Shown here: positions 49,096 through 59,653 of the stretch, piece by piece
Layout: each line of letters opens with the position of its first letter
How positions within the stretch are numbered: position 1 is the first letter of the stretch
Assembly (NCBI GenBank): GCA_965198065.1
Contig: CBDAON010000004.1
Coordinates: forward strand, 1,184,001 to 1,248,000
DNA: 64,000 nucleotides
Reading direction: 5' to 3'
Origin: Longimicrobiales bacterium
GTDB lineage: Bacteria; Gemmatimonadota; Gemmatimonadetes; Longimicrobiales; Gaopeijiaceae
The notes under the pieces: model-generated
The model's input: the letters and a program-made list of their open reading frames with translations, nothing else
The model's database searches: none
Told to the model about the DNA's origin: nothing
Position numbers and translations under genes: made by a program

Positions 49096-49521
49096 CTATG
49101 ACGAAGTGGGTGCGCCCCTTCCCAACACCATGCCGATCACTGCGCCAGTGACTCCGAAAAGGACCATCGAAACGAACGGATCGACGAGTGTCGCAGTCAG
49201 GTTGGAGACATTCGTGGTTCCGTAGAACATCAAATCGAAGCCAAGCGCGACCAAGAACCCCCATAGTGCGCCCACCTTTGCGCCGCCGCCGGCCGAACGG
49301 CTGTCGCCCCAACGATCGATGGCTATCGTGATGAATAGTACAGCGGGGATCTGACCCAGACCTATCGCCAGAAGGTTCAGGGGTTCCCGGGTGACTCCCG
49401 TTGCCGAGCCCATGTTCGCCTCGAAGAATCCGGCCATGGCGATCCCGTAGAGGAGATATCCCAGGAGAAATGAGGTGATGGCTCCGGCCAGGGTAGCAAA
49501 GACGAGCTTGTTCGTCCCCAT
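49096..49521 (-). CDS. 4-TM membrane protein (DUF1761-like)
   Basis: ATG after GGAGGG; FLLGYLLYG...GGAKVGALWG...GAVIGMVLG. Confidence 0.8.
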   Translation of the reverse strand: MGTNKLVFATLAGAITSFLLGYLLYGIAMAGFFEANMGSATGVTREPLNLLAIGLGQIPAVLFITIAIDRWGDSRSAGGGAKVGALWGFLVALGFDLMFYGTTNVSNLTATLVDPFVSMVLFGVTGAVIGMVLGRGAPTSS

Positions 49522-49689
49522 GTGTCCCTCCCGCCAGGGTGGTGCGCGGTTCTGTGCCGACCGGTCCCAGTATGGGACAGTGGCAGGCAACCCCCTGCCA
49601 GCTCGACCTGCCCTCCCCTGCATTCGTCCGGGGGGATACGCTGTTCGTGGACGGGGAGCCAGTGGCGACTCTTCCTCGCCGTCTCACTC

Positions 49690-49990
49690 CACAGGTAAGA
49701 TTTGCCTGAGGACCGGCTTGAATAGCACCCCGTTCGGGCTGTCCGGAGGGCCCTGGAAGACGAAGCTTTTAGAGACGTAGAAGTCAACGAGCACGATCGT
49801 GGTTTACCCGCCCTCAAGAACAAGGCTGCCGCTGTCGTCTTCCTCGCCTTCTTCGCCGTTCAAGATCACCCTGAAGAAAGTCGACGGAACGGTCAGGTCC
49901 CGCTCGGAGGAGCCATCTGAGAACGTGAAGCCGTCTGCCAGGGCGAGGTGGGCTTCCTCAACCATCCCTGTCTTCACCCCCCTCAGCTCC
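49690..49990 (-). pseudogene. Probable DUF4382 C-terminal fragment with internal stop
   Basis: DLTVPS...LVLEGG*TTIVLVDFYVSKSFVFQGPP..PNGVLFKPVLR; boundaries approximate. Confidence 0.55.
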
Positions 49991-50027
49991 ACGACTGGAG
50001 TCGGCGGCTTTCGCGCTTCGGGGCGGG

Positions 50028-51104
50028 TCATGAGAGGCGATCCAGGAGCGCCGGAATCGCCTCGTCGGCCATGATGTCGGCAACCGCTGCGGTCGGGCTT
50101 TCGATCGACACGCCCTGGGTCTTGTAGGGACCCCAGAGCAAGGGGCTTCCCCGCGGATGCAGGACAACCGCTGGCCTGTCGAACGCGCTGCACGCGTGAG
50201 AGATGCTGGTATCCGGCGTGAAGACGACGTCCGCTCGTGCGACGATCGACATCGCGTCGCGAATCCCCGAGTCCGCGAAGAATCGGCCGCCGCCTTTGGT
50301 CGCGATGCGGACCGCGCGAGCACGGTCGCTGGACGAGCTGATGACGACGATGTTCGCGTCCGGAGCCTTTGCCCGAGCGGCGCGGATCACGGCGACGAAC
50401 CGGTCGTCGGGCCATTCGCGAGGTCCGCGCCCAGCCGAGACGTTCACGAGAAGACGTTTACCTGCCCGAGGTGCGTGCTCGGTCCCGTCGCGCCAGACCC
50501 GCTCGCCACGTGCGATCTCGTCCGGTGCGAGCCGCACTCGCGGACGAAGGTCCAGCGCCGACGGCTCGAGACCAAAGGCGGTGACCAACGCACCGAGCCG
50601 GTCGACGAGGTGCCCGGCCGTCTCGCGCGCCGTGACGGGCAGCGTGTACGCGAAGTCGTTGCCACGCTCCTGAACGCCGATCCGGTAGCGCGCCGCAGTC
50701 GCGAGCATGAGGAGTAGCGTGGTGAGGGATGGTGCCCTCACCATGCAATCGATGACCGCGTCGTAGCGCCGACGGCGGAGGTCGACGAAGGCGCTCGGAA
50801 AGCTCAGCGGGGCTCGTCGGTCGAAGACGATTACGTCGCGCAGGTACGGCTCGTGTCGGACGACTGGCGCGTTCACGGGGGATGCCAGCACATCGAGCTG
50901 GATGGTCGGGTGCGACTCGGCGAACGCCCGGAGGATGCCCGTCGACAGGATCATGTCGCCGATCCTGTCGTGGCGGAGGAACAGCACGCGATAGGGGCGC
51001 TCGCTCCAATCCGGCCGCTCGGCACGGGCGCTTTGGCCCATGACCCTTGCGATGCCTGACGTCGTGATGCGCCTAACGAGTCGTTCCAGGCTCTTCCACT
51101 TCAT
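50028..51104 (-). CDS. Glycosyltransferase family 9 (heptosyltransferase-like)
   Basis: LRHDRIGDMIL, YDAVID, REWP, TPDTSISH, WGP. Confidence 0.92.
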   Translation of the reverse strand: MKWKSLERLVRRITTSGIARVMGQSARAERPDWSERPYRVLFLRHDRIGDMILSTGILRAFAESHPTIQLDVLASPVNAPVVRHEPYLRDVIVFDRRAPLSFPSAFVDLRRRRYDAVIDCMVRAPSLTTLLLMLATAARYRIGVQERGNDFAYTLPVTARETAGHLVDRLGALVTAFGLEPSALDLRPRVRLAPDEIARGERVWRDGTEHAPRAGKRLLVNVSAGRGPREWPDDRFVAVIRAARAKAPDANIVVISSSSDRARAVRIATKGGGRFFADSGIRDAMSIVARADVVFTPDTSISHACSAFDRPAVVLHPRGSPLLWGPYKTQGVSIESPTAAVADIMADEAIPALLDRLS

Positions 51105-51298
51105 TCGGCGACTCAGCTTCTCAGTTCGACTCAGGCGGGTTACGGATCAACGACCGCGCGGCATCGAAAGATATGCCCTGAGGCCATGAATCCAGCGCTG
51201 CCCGCAATCGACCGGGCGCTACTGCGCCTGCCCCGAGACACGAATCCGGTGCGCCCCGCGGAGCGAAGCGCACCGGATCCGACTCGGCAGCGGTCACT

Positions 51299-51832
51299 TC
51301 ACCTGTCCGACGCGGCCACGAACGTCGTCGAGGGCTCCAGCCGCATCGTGATGCGTTGCTGTTCCTCGCTCGTCAGATGGGACGACATGGCTAGGCGCTG
51401 CGCACGCTCGTAGAAGCGCAGCGCCGACGGCACGTTCTCGAGCTCCACTTCCACGTACGTGGCGTCGATGAGAGCGTGGGCGGCCACCTCGACCTCGCCG
51501 AACTCGGTGGCCCGATCGACTAGCTCGACCAGCGTGCTCCTCGCCGCCCCGAACTTCTCTACGTTGCCGTAGATGGTCCCCGCCGTCTGGAGGTCAATGA
51601 GCGCGATCGGGTCGTTTCCCGGCCGAAGACGTGAAGCCTTCCGGAGCAGGAACGCCGCGCGCGTCCACTGTCCGGGGTCGCTCTTCGGGATCTCGGCTCC
51701 CCTCTCCAGCTCGATGGCCTGCGGGATGTCCACGTGCGGGCTGGGCTCCCACATCTGGGCCTGGGTGCTGCGGGTGGTCACGGTCCACACGGTGGCCGCG
51801 ATCACGACGGAGGTGAAGATGCTGTACCTCAT
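51299..51832 (-). CDS. Hypothetical secreted helical (TPR-like) protein
   Basis: ATG after GAGGAG; signal peptide ending TQAQ. Confidence 0.75.
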   Translation of the reverse strand: MRYSIFTSVVIAATVWTVTTRSTQAQMWEPSPHVDIPQAIELERGAEIPKSDPGQWTRAAFLLRKASRLRPGNDPIALIDLQTAGTIYGNVEKFGAARSTLVELVDRATEFGEVEVAAHALIDATYVEVELENVPSALRFYERAQRLAMSSHLTSEEQQRITMRLEPSTTFVAASDR

Positions 51833-52097
51833 GGGACCCTCCTCAAACAGATGGTGAGACATGACGCGGATGCTCGTTCATCCGCGATGGGTCCCAGGTT
51901 AAGAGGGGGATCTCAGATGGCGATCAGACGCAGATCAGACGGACGGGGATCGAAGTGGCGCGGGCCCCGAACACGTGGCCCAGGATGCCTCCAAACGGAG
52001 GAGCTCGGCCTCCAAACGCCCGCGTGCCCGGCAGTTAGTACGTGCCCGAGGCGCCTAGCGGCAGCTACCGCCGTCCGGTCCATTCGTGATTATCCCG

Positions 52098-52126
52098 TTG
52101 ACGCACGGCGGAGAAGTCATTACCTT
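52098..52126 (+). promoter_or_regulatory. sigma70-like promoter overlapping the left TIR
   Basis: TTGACG-17 bp-TACCTT, in the same position as the promoter of the 38801 element. Confidence 0.55.
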
Positions 52127-52137
52127 TCATTCATAGA

Positions 52138-52287
52138 CTATGTAACCCGTTTCACTGCTTTGGCTTCAGCGTCTGCCGCCGCGACGATGCGCTTGCCGAA
52201 AAGCGTCTCCATAATCTCGCGGTCCGTCTTGTCCTGGATGTTCCGGGGTACCGTCCGCCGTCGCTTCTTCTTGGGAGATTGAGCCAT
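52138..52287 (-). CDS. 49-aa basic protein divergent from the IS1595 transposase
   Basis: MAQSPKKKRRR...TDREIMETLFGKRIVAAADAEAK; CATG shared with the transposase start. Confidence 0.6.
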   Translation of the reverse strand: MAQSPKKKRRRTVPRNIQDKTDREIMETLFGKRIVAAADAEAKAVKRVT

Positions 52288-53185
52288 GGGTCGTAAGATC
52301 AGCCTGTTGACGCTAATGGATCGGTACAACGACGATGCGAAGTGCCGAGACACCCTGGAGTCGATCCGCTGGCCGGTCGGCGTGGCCTGCCTCCGGTGCG
52401 GTGACATGGACGTGGGCGAGATCGAGAGCCGCGATCAGTATTGCTGCCGTTCATGCGACTACCGTTTCAGCGTGACGGTCGGAACGATCATGCACGATTC
52501 CCACCTGCCGCTCCGCATATGGTTCCTCGCCATCTACCTCATGTGCGAGAGCAAAAAGGGAATGAGTGCCCATCAGTTGTGGCGCACCCTCGGGCTCGGC
52601 TCCTACAAGACGGCCTGGTACCTGTGCCATCGCATCCGCGAGGCGATGGGCAACGACCCGCTCACCGGCCCCACGCTCGTCGGTGTCGTGGAAGTCGATG
52701 AGACACTCGTGGGCGGCAAGACGAAGGGTAAGGGACGCGCCTACAAGGGCAACAAGCACTGGGTGGCCGGAGCAATCCAGCGCGGCGGCCGCATCCGTCT
52801 CGAGCGCATCCCCAACGTGAGGAGTGACACCCTGCATTCCTTCATCCGCCGCACCGTCAGGGACGAGGCCGAGGCGATCTACACCGACGACCTCAAGAGC
52901 TACATCGGGATCGGCGACTCCGACACCCGCCATGAAACCGTGAACCACAGTGCCGAGCAATGGGTGATCGGCGACGTCCACACTAACAGCATCGAAGGCG
53001 TATGGAGCCTGTTCAAGCGCTCTATCGTAGGCACCTTCCACAAGATGAGCATCAAGCATATGGATCGCTACCTGGAAGAGCTGGAATGGCGGTTCAACAA
53101 CCGCGACAACCCGTACATCTTCCGCGACACGCTCCGCCGGATCATGCACACCGATAACCTCACTTATCGGGAGCTGGTGGCCTAG
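52286..53185 (+). CDS. IS1595 family transposase
   Basis: CLRC..CRSC, EVDETLVGG, YTDD, VNHS, HTNSIEGVWSLFKR, YLEELEWRFN. Confidence 0.95.
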   Translation: MGRKISLLTLMDRYNDDAKCRDTLESIRWPVGVACLRCGDMDVGEIESRDQYCCRSCDYRFSVTVGTIMHDSHLPLRIWFLAIYLMCESKKGMSAHQLWRTLGLGSYKTAWYLCHRIREAMGNDPLTGPTLVGVVEVDETLVGGKTKGKGRAYKGNKHWVAGAIQRGGRIRLERIPNVRSDTLHSFIRRTVRDEAEAIYTDDLKSYIGIGDSDTRHETVNHSAEQWVIGDVHTNSIEGVWSLFKRSIVGTFHKMSIKHMDRYLEELEWRFNNRDNPYIFRDTLRRIMHTDNLTYRELVA

Positions 53186-53200
53186 CCCTGGAAATCCGTC

Positions 53201-53596
53201 ATGCTCACTCTTCGCGCTTTCAGCTTGGTCCTCGCTCTCACTTTGAGTGGCTGCGGTGCGGTGGGCGCTGGCCTCATCGGTGGCCTCGAGGGTTATCAAC
53301 GGGGCGCGGAGCGTCGCCAGCCAGCAGTGCAGAGCTCGGCTCCAGACGTCTTCCAGCTGATAGAGATAGACCACTCCCTGCTCCCCGTGAGGCTGACAAG
53401 CGTCGGGGTCGTCGTGAACGACGGCAGCATGGAGTTCAGCCAAGATCAGGCTTGGACCATCTACCTCGAGGCCACTGTGATCGAGACCGGCGAGCGTAAC
53501 TGGTCGTCGATCTCCGGCACATGGACGCAGCCGAGCATCGACAGGGTACTCATGATACCGGACGACGGGAGCTGCATCGACGAGGGTATTCCTTGA
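53201..53596 (+). CDS. Hypothetical lipoprotein (IS passenger)
   Basis: Lipobox LSGC after a hydrophobic stretch; lies inside the TIRs. Confidence 0.7.
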   Translation: MLTLRAFSLVLALTLSGCGAVGAGLIGGLEGYQRGAERRQPAVQSSAPDVFQLIEIDHSLLPVRLTSVGVVVNDGSMEFSQDQAWTIYLEATVIETGERNWSSISGTWTQPSIDRVLMIPDDGSCIDEGIP

Positions 53597-53670
53597 AGGA
53601 GACTTCCTCACGATTCCCGCTGACTGTGACCTCGGAATGGAAGTGGTGTGGCAACGGTAGGTTCATGACC

Positions 53671-54198
53671 TCATTCTATGATGATCTCCCGTTCCTCGAT
53701 CTTCTTGCCGACCCACCAGTAGAGAGTTTCGCGGCCATACTTGCCGTCACGCACTGCGTCAGGACATTGCTGCTCGAAGTCCCCCAAGTGTCTCGACACG
53801 ATGTGATACGCCCTCATCCGCTTGAGCCCCTCGCTCTTGGTCCAGGGTATATGCATGTCGGGAAGATCGCCCACCAGGGAAGATCCGCGGATCACCAGAT
53901 GGGCCTCAGGCTTATCCATCCACGTTGTTGACTTGCGGTAGGGGGGAACATCGTCCCTGTCGGTGCCGAGTCTGGCTTCCCGGTCCCTCTCCGGCCACAA
54001 CGCCAATACCAAGCCTCCGGCCCCGACCACGATGAGCCCCCAGTCCAGCGGAGTCATGCGGCTGTAAAGAAGCCGGAAGAGCGTGACCCATGACGCACCG
54101 TCTTCCATATATCCGGGGATCGACAACAGGTGCAAGCTCGGCTTGATGATGCAAACCAACGATCCAATCCCAAAGCCCATGCGCCTGCGCTTCCCCAT
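53671..54198 (-). CDS. Hypothetical membrane protein (IS passenger)
   Basis: 175 aa with a TM segment WGLIVVGAGGLVLALW; starts just inside the right TIR. Confidence 0.6.
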   Translation of the reverse strand: MGKRRRMGFGIGSLVCIIKPSLHLLSIPGYMEDGASWVTLFRLLYSRMTPLDWGLIVVGAGGLVLALWPERDREARLGTDRDDVPPYRKSTTWMDKPEAHLVIRGSSLVGDLPDMHIPWTKSEGLKRMRAYHIVSRHLGDFEQQCPDAVRDGKYGRETLYWWVGKKIEEREIIIE

Positions 54199-54406
54199 GC
54201 CCGAACGCTAAACCCCCGCCTATCGTGCGTAAAGGGGATAATCACGGGTCCATTGACATGCCGTACCCATTCCGGATACTTGTGACCAGAGGTGGTCATT
54301 TGAGTGCCGTGCCCAGGCTATGGCGGAGGAGCTGACGCTCTTAGCCCGCGATCGCGTCCGCGATTACGCACGAGACGGCCTCTCGTTGCTCTGATCGTTA
54401 GCCATC

Positions 54407-55834
54407 ATGCCATCCAAGCAACCCACTCCGGCCGTTTCCTTCAGCTTCACCGTTCGGGTCTCGTATCCGAATCGCGTCGGATTCCTGGCGAAGATCACCC
54501 GTCACATCAGTCGGGCCGGGGGCGACCTGGGCGCGGTCGACGTGATTGCGTCCGATCGCAAGCGGATGACCAGGGACTTCACTGTTCAGGGCCGGGACGA
54601 GGCCCACGTGGAGGAGGTTCTCCAGGCGATCCGGGACGTCGACGAGGTCGAGGTCGTCCACTTCTCCGACCGGGTCTTCCTACTCCACCTGGGAGGGAAG
54701 ATCTCGGTTCGGAGCAAGGTGCCGATCACGACGCGTGACATCCTCTCGATGGCATACACGCCCGGTGTGGCGCGCGTATGCGAGGCTATCACACGCGACC
54801 CGGAGAGTGCCTACCAGCTCACGATCAAGGGGAACTCGGTGGCCGTCGTGACGGACGGTACGGCGGTCCTCGGCCTGGGTGACATCGGCCCGGCGGCGGC
54901 GATGCCTGTCATGGAAGGGAAGGTGATGCTCTTCAAGGAGTTCGCGGACATCGACGCCTATCCGATCTGCCTGGACACAAAGGATCCCGACGAAATCGTG
55001 GAGACGGTGGCCCGCCTGGCCCCGGGCTTCGGGGGGATCAACCTGGAGGACATCTCGGCCCCGCGCTGCTTCGAGATCGAGGCGCGGCTTCGCGAGCGGC
55101 TGGACATCCCGGTGTTCCATGACGACCAGCATGGAACGGCGGTCGTCGTGCTGGCCGCCCTTCTGAACGGCGGGCGCCTCGTCGAGCGCCCGATCGACCA
55201 GATGCGCGTGGCCGTGCTCGGCTCCGGGGCTGCCGGTGTGGCGATCGTGAAGATCCTCCTCTCGGCTGGCGGTCGGGAGATTCTCGTTTGCGACAGAGAG
55301 GGGATCCTTCATCCGGGCCGTGCGGACGGCGTAACCGCAAGCAAGCGCTGGCTGATCGAGAACACGAACCCCGGAGGGGAGGAGGGCAAGCTGAAGCAGG
55401 CGTGCACAGGCGCGCATGCCTTCATTGGCGTGTCCGGTCCGGGCACTCTACCGCTTCAGGCGCTCAAGTGCATGGCGCCGGACCCGCTCGTGTTCGCGCT
55501 GGCCAACCCCGTTCCCGAGATCATGCCGGAGGAAGCGGAGGGGCACGTGGCGGTGATGGCCACCGGTCGGAGCGACTATCCGAACCAGATCAACAACGCG
55601 CTCGCCTTCCCGGGGATTTTCCGTGGAGCGCTGGACGTCCGCGCGAGCAGTATCACCGAGGACATGAAGGTGGCGGCGGCCCGGGCCATCGCGGCCTGCG
55701 TTCCCGAAGAAGCCCTCGGCCCCGAGCTCGTCATCCCGAGCGTCTTAGACCGGAGCGTGGTCGAGCGGGTTACCGCCGCCGTGGCGGAGGCCGCGGTCGG
55801 GGACGGGGTCGCGAGGCGGCCGCCAAAGCGGTAA
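54407..55834 (+). CDS. NAD(P)-dependent malic enzyme with N-terminal ACT domain
   Basis: [63 protein letters not shown]. Confidence 0.95.
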   Translation: MPSKQPTPAVSFSFTVRVSYPNRVGFLAKITRHISRAGGDLGAVDVIASDRKRMTRDFTVQGRDEAHVEEVLQAIRDVDEVEVVHFSDRVFLLHLGGKISVRSKVPITTRDILSMAYTPGVARVCEAITRDPESAYQLTIKGNSVAVVTDGTAVLGLGDIGPAAAMPVMEGKVMLFKEFADIDAYPICLDTKDPDEIVETVARLAPGFGGINLEDISAPRCFEIEARLRERLDIPVFHDDQHGTAVVVLAALLNGGRLVERPIDQMRVAVLGSGAAGVAIVKILLSAGGREILVCDREGILHPGRADGVTASKRWLIENTNPGGEEGKLKQACTGAHAFIGVSGPGTLPLQALKCMAPDPLVFALANPVPEIMPEEAEGHVAVMATGRSDYPNQINNALAFPGIFRGALDVRASSITEDMKVAAARAIAACVPEEALGPELVIPSVLDRSVVERVTAAVAEAAVGDGVARRPPKR

Positions 55835-55857
55835 CGCAGGCGGACCGCGTCGTCCGC

Positions 55858-56462
55858 TCAGCCGCCGACGAGCACCGTGAGGCCGGCGTAGACGTAAATG
55901 CCGCGGTTCTTCCCCGAAGTGGTCTCGAAGATGTCGGTGAGCCCAAGATCGTAACCCACGCCCACCGCCAGGAATCGACTGGCGGAGAGCTCGAAGCCCA
56001 GCCCCACATCGCCGAGCCGAAGTCGAGCGACTTCTCCTCGTCTTCGGGACAATCCACCGAGCCGCCGCCGCTCTCTTCGAACTCGCAGGAGAGCTGGAAC
56101 GAGACCCGCGGACCGGCGCTGACGCTGAAGGTCGTGGTGCCCGCCAGGGGGAAGCCCGCGCTGAGGAAGACCGGGACGTCGATATAGGTGAGCTGGCCCT
56201 CTCCGTCGGGTTCCTTCCATCCGCGTTGTGTGTACCCGACGAAGGGTGCGAGCGCGACAGTCTCACCGGATACGGGAATGGCCGTGCCTACGGCCACGAA
56301 GAACCCGGTCTCCGATTCGACGTCGTCGCCCACGTCGTCGCCGGAGATCGTAGCGAAGACAGGCCCGGCGGCGAACGTCAGAGGGAACTGCGCTTCAGCA
56401 GGTGCTGCGGGGAGCGTGAGCCCCAGGAGGCATGCGGTGGCGGCCGAACATCGGGTCTTCAT
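55858..56462 (-). CDS. Outer-membrane beta-barrel (PorT-like) protein; frameshift near 56016
   Basis: Signal peptide, YTQRG, LTYIDVPV, AGP, LDFG, then YDLGLTDI...YVYAGL in the shifted frame. Confidence 0.8.
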
Positions 56463-56530
56463 GATGAGATCTCAACTGTGATGGGTTTCGTGGGCGTGAC
56501 GAAGCCGGAACACGCGCTCCAACGAATCAC

Positions 56531-57381
56531 CTACCTGGTCATGGCCCACACCGCGACGTTGATGCCGAGCGCGTACGCCTGCCACGCAAAGGCCTCGAAG
56601 TACGCGTAGAGGTCATCCTCCCGCTCGAAGCCGTCGGCAATGTCCGTGTTGTGGGTCATGAACACGAGCATCCGCCCGCTCTCGTCGAAGATCGCCCGCG
56701 CGTGCGGAGTGGCGTACTCGGGCCCCGGGAACTCGGCGGTCGGCATGCCCGGGCGCCAGCGGTTCAGGGAGGGGATCTGCGGGAGTTCGGGAACATGGTA
56801 GACGAGCGAGAACAGGGGATGGTCGATCGGTAGGTCGACTACGGCGTACTCGGGAAGTATTCGGTCGATCTCGCCCATCCAGTGGTACCAGGGCCCGTCT
56901 CCCCAGAAGTCGTCCGCCCAGAGGAACCCGCCCTTGAGCAGGTACTGGCGGAGCGCCTCGGCCTCGGCGTCGGAAAACCCGGCGCTGCCATGACCAGCCA
57001 CGGGCATTGAAAGAGCTCCGGGTCGCTCGCTCTGACCACCGTATGACCCATGCCGCCACTTCGTCCATCGCGCCAGTAGGCAATTTCGGTTGTGGTGAGC
57101 TGAGAGATCCGCGTCATAAAGTTGATGTCGGCTCGAGGATATTCGATCGACCATCCCGAAGCGCTGGGGTCGTACGCCGTGGTCGCGTACATCAGGCGAC
57201 ACACGAAGAACTCCCCGGGAACGTCGGGGAGGCCCCAGAGCACGGCTGCGGGGTTGTCGTTCCGGCGACCTCTGAAGCCGAACTGCGCGGAAGCCGGGTA
57301 TGCCGAAAGAAGGAGAAGAACGGCTGCGAGCGTCAGGGCGCCGGAGGACGCTGAGGCACGGTAGCTCAGGAGTCGCCTCAC
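56531..57381 (-). CDS. DUF4159 domain protein; frameshift near 56986
   Basis: WSIEYPRADINF, then LRQYLLKGGFLWADDFWG...HNTDIADGFERE..AYALGIN; GTGA overlap with the upstream gene. Confidence 0.85.
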
Positions 57382-57710
57382 TGGCGCGGCGTGACGCGGC
57401 CCGAGATCACGAGCTCGACCGGATATCCCTCGACCCGGGCCGGGATCGCGAGGTCGGACGCAGGTACGCTGCCCGAGAGCAGCACCCGGATGCACGGCTC
57501 CCCGTCGCACATCGCGATCCCCGTGCCCACGACGCCGTCGAGGGTCATCCACGCGGGTGTGTGCGTCTCGAGGACTTCCTCGATCGTCCTGCCCACGATC
57601 TCTTGCTCCTCCGTGGGGGGCGAGCGAGGGGGAAAGCAACCGCTCGGCGAGATCGCCGCGAGCGTCACCCCGAGCGCGAGGGCTCCACGCAGCCTCGGGG
57701 CGATCACCAC
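57378..57710 (-). CDS. Small lipoprotein resembling a stand-alone protease pro-region
   Basis: Signal peptide with SGC; IEEVLETHT..WMTLDGVVGTGI...IPARVEGYPV...GRV. Confidence 0.7.
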   Translation of the reverse strand: MVIAPRLRGALALGVTLAAISPSGCFPPRSPPTEEQEIVGRTIEEVLETHTPAWMTLDGVVGTGIAMCDGEPCIRVLLSGSVPASDLAIPARVEGYPVELVISGRVTPRQ

Positions 57711-57712
57711 CG

Positions 57713-58400
57713 TCAGAAGATGACCGTCACCTCGTCTGAGCACGTCGCGGAGCCGGCCTCGCATACCTGATACGTGTAGCTTCCGCCCCCACGCTGATCG
57801 ATGTTGTCCGTGTAGGCGCCCGTGTTGGCAACGGTGACGAGCGCGCTTCCCTCCCTCGTGATGTCCACCTGCGCGGTGCCGGCACCCGACCAGGTCAAGT
57901 CGACCTTCTGCATGCCACGGACCTTGTACCCATTGGCGGCGAGCGAGATCGCCGGCTCGGGATCGGGGTCCGGATCCGGCGGCGGCTCGACTTCCGGGAC
58001 GGTCGGATCGATGGTCACCCCGAAACGGTCGAGCACGGCCGCGATCGGCGTGGCGATCGTATGGGAGGAGTTCCCGGCGAAGAGGAGCGCGGTCGGGCTC
58101 TTCGCCCCGTCGTCCGTCACGATGAGCGACCCGGAGTCTCTCCCGCACTGAACGTTCCGGGCACGATCGAGATCTGGTCCGTGAAGATCGCGGCCTGCTT
58201 GCAGCGGAACGGCCCCTGAGGCTGGTAGCAGATGCTTACCGTTACGTTGACTAGGTCGACGGTGCCAGTCGTGTGGCCCGTCGTTCGGCCGTACTTCTGG
58301 ACCCCGGCGTTCAACCCGGGCGCCACCGGACTGATGCCCGGCGCTCCGTAGCCCTCGTCCGGGGGCGTGGACCCGCTCACCGCGTCCGCCGGTGAAAACC
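57713..58400 (-). pseudogene. 5'-truncated chymotrypsin-like serine protease with C-terminal Ig/Fn3-like domain; frameshift near 58140
   Basis: VQKYGRTTGHTTG, FTDQI, FSAG/DSGSLIV, LLFAG, then VDLTWSG...YTD...YTYQVCEAG; His/Asp half absent; 5' boundary approximate. Confidence 0.75.
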
Positions 58401-58562
58401 TACGTCTGTCAACGGGGCCCGCAAGGCCGCGGATGCGCAGGTCGAAACCGGGGAGGTCACCCAAGACGGTGCGCCCGTTCCCAGCCCGAACCAGCGCGCG
58501 CTTAACGGAACTCGCGTCTCCCCGATCTACTCCTTCAGAGACGTGAAGGTGTCGGAACAGCA

Positions 58563-59441
58563 ATGGGAGTGACGATCATGAGAACAGTCGTTGGGGTGAC
58601 CGCCGCATGGCTCGCGCTTGCAAGCACTGCCTGCGAAGAGATCCCCGTTGCGCCAGCCGATGAGGCGGACCTGCAGTCGCAGGCCGCCGAGGCCCTCGTT
58701 CAGGAGACCCCGCCCTTCCCCTTTGCCGGACCACGTATCCTCGCTTTGCGCGAGCAGCTCGAGCTGACGCCGGAGCAGGTCACGGAGATCGAGGGAGTCC
58801 TGGCCGATCTACAGAGCGCTTCCGCGCCCATACTCGAGGCGCTGCGGCCACGGGAGTCGGATGGAACCGGCCCGCGGGGCCGGCGCGGGTGGGACGCGGA
58901 AAACGCCGACGCGCTCGAGGAGCTCCGCGAGCTCCGGGAGACCGCCGCGGCTCGAATCGGTGAGGTGCTGACGGACGAACAGCATCAGCTGCTCGACGAC
59001 CTCGCACCACGGGGGGCCGGTGCCCGGTTCGACGGGCCACGGGGACCTGGCGCGGATCGTCCGTTCGGTAGCCCCCGGCCGGGTATCGAGCGGATCCTGA
59101 GGCTTCAGGATGAGCTCGGGCTCAGCGCCGATCAGGCCGCCGCTCTGGAATCGATCCTGGAGGAGCTCCGGGCCCGGAACGAGCCCCTGATCGAGCAGCT
59201 CCGGAGTGAGGTCGAGGAGCTTAGAGGCGACATCGGTTCGGGCGGCCGGAGAGGCCCGTTCCGACCGGACAGCCCGGCCGCGGAAGAGCTTTGGCGGAAC
59301 ACGGAGGCGGCGCTGACGGAGGCGCGAGGCGTCCTCACCGACGCCCAGCTCGAGCTCTTCCGATCGCTCCAGGAGGAACGACCGTTCCAGCCTCGCCGCC
59401 GACCTTCCGGCGCTCCGCGTTCGTTCGACGCCCGCCCATAG
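58563..59441 (+). CDS. Spy/CpxP-like lipoprotein with two repeats
   Basis: Lipobox STAC; LREQLELTPEQ...VLTDEQ and LQDELGLSADQ...VLTDAQ (LTxxQ motifs). Confidence 0.8.
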   Translation: MGVTIMRTVVGVTAAWLALASTACEEIPVAPADEADLQSQAAEALVQETPPFPFAGPRILALREQLELTPEQVTEIEGVLADLQSASAPILEALRPRESDGTGPRGRRGWDAENADALEELRELRETAAARIGEVLTDEQHQLLDDLAPRGAGARFDGPRGPGADRPFGSPRPGIERILRLQDELGLSADQAAALESILEELRARNEPLIEQLRSEVEELRGDIGSGGRRGPFRPDSPAAEELWRNTEAALTEARGVLTDAQLELFRSLQEERPFQPRRRPSGAPRSFDARP

Positions 59442-59653
59442 ACATCCTCTGTCGCTTCCGTCGAGGCTGGACGTGGCCTCGGTCCCAGCTGGCGGATCGG
59501 GGCCCCCTCCTTTAGTGGCCGCCGTGTTCCGGGGCACGGCTTGTTCCGTGACCCGGCGCGGTGGACCTTTCGAGGCGGGGGACTTCTGGGGGCGTGCCTC
59601 CGGCGCGCGCAGTCGTAACCTCGCGTCGCATAGAGATTCTCGGATAGAGACTC

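Larger units (their letters stand above)
52085..54246 (+). mobile_element. Complete IS1595-family element with passenger genes, 2162 bp, 8-bp target duplication GGTCCATT
   Basis: 22-bp TIRs CGTGATTATCCCGTTGACGCAC / CGTGATTATCCCCTTTACGCAC (rc); GGTCCATT at 52077-52084 and 54247-54254. Confidence 0.95.

Noticed and set aside
52451..53611. 386-aa minus-strand ORF in the IS1595
   Set aside because: Antisense shadow of the transposase and lipoprotein genes.
57360..57372. GTAGCTCAG as a tRNA D-arm
   Set aside because: No T arm or acceptor stem follows; it lies within the DUF4159 coding region.
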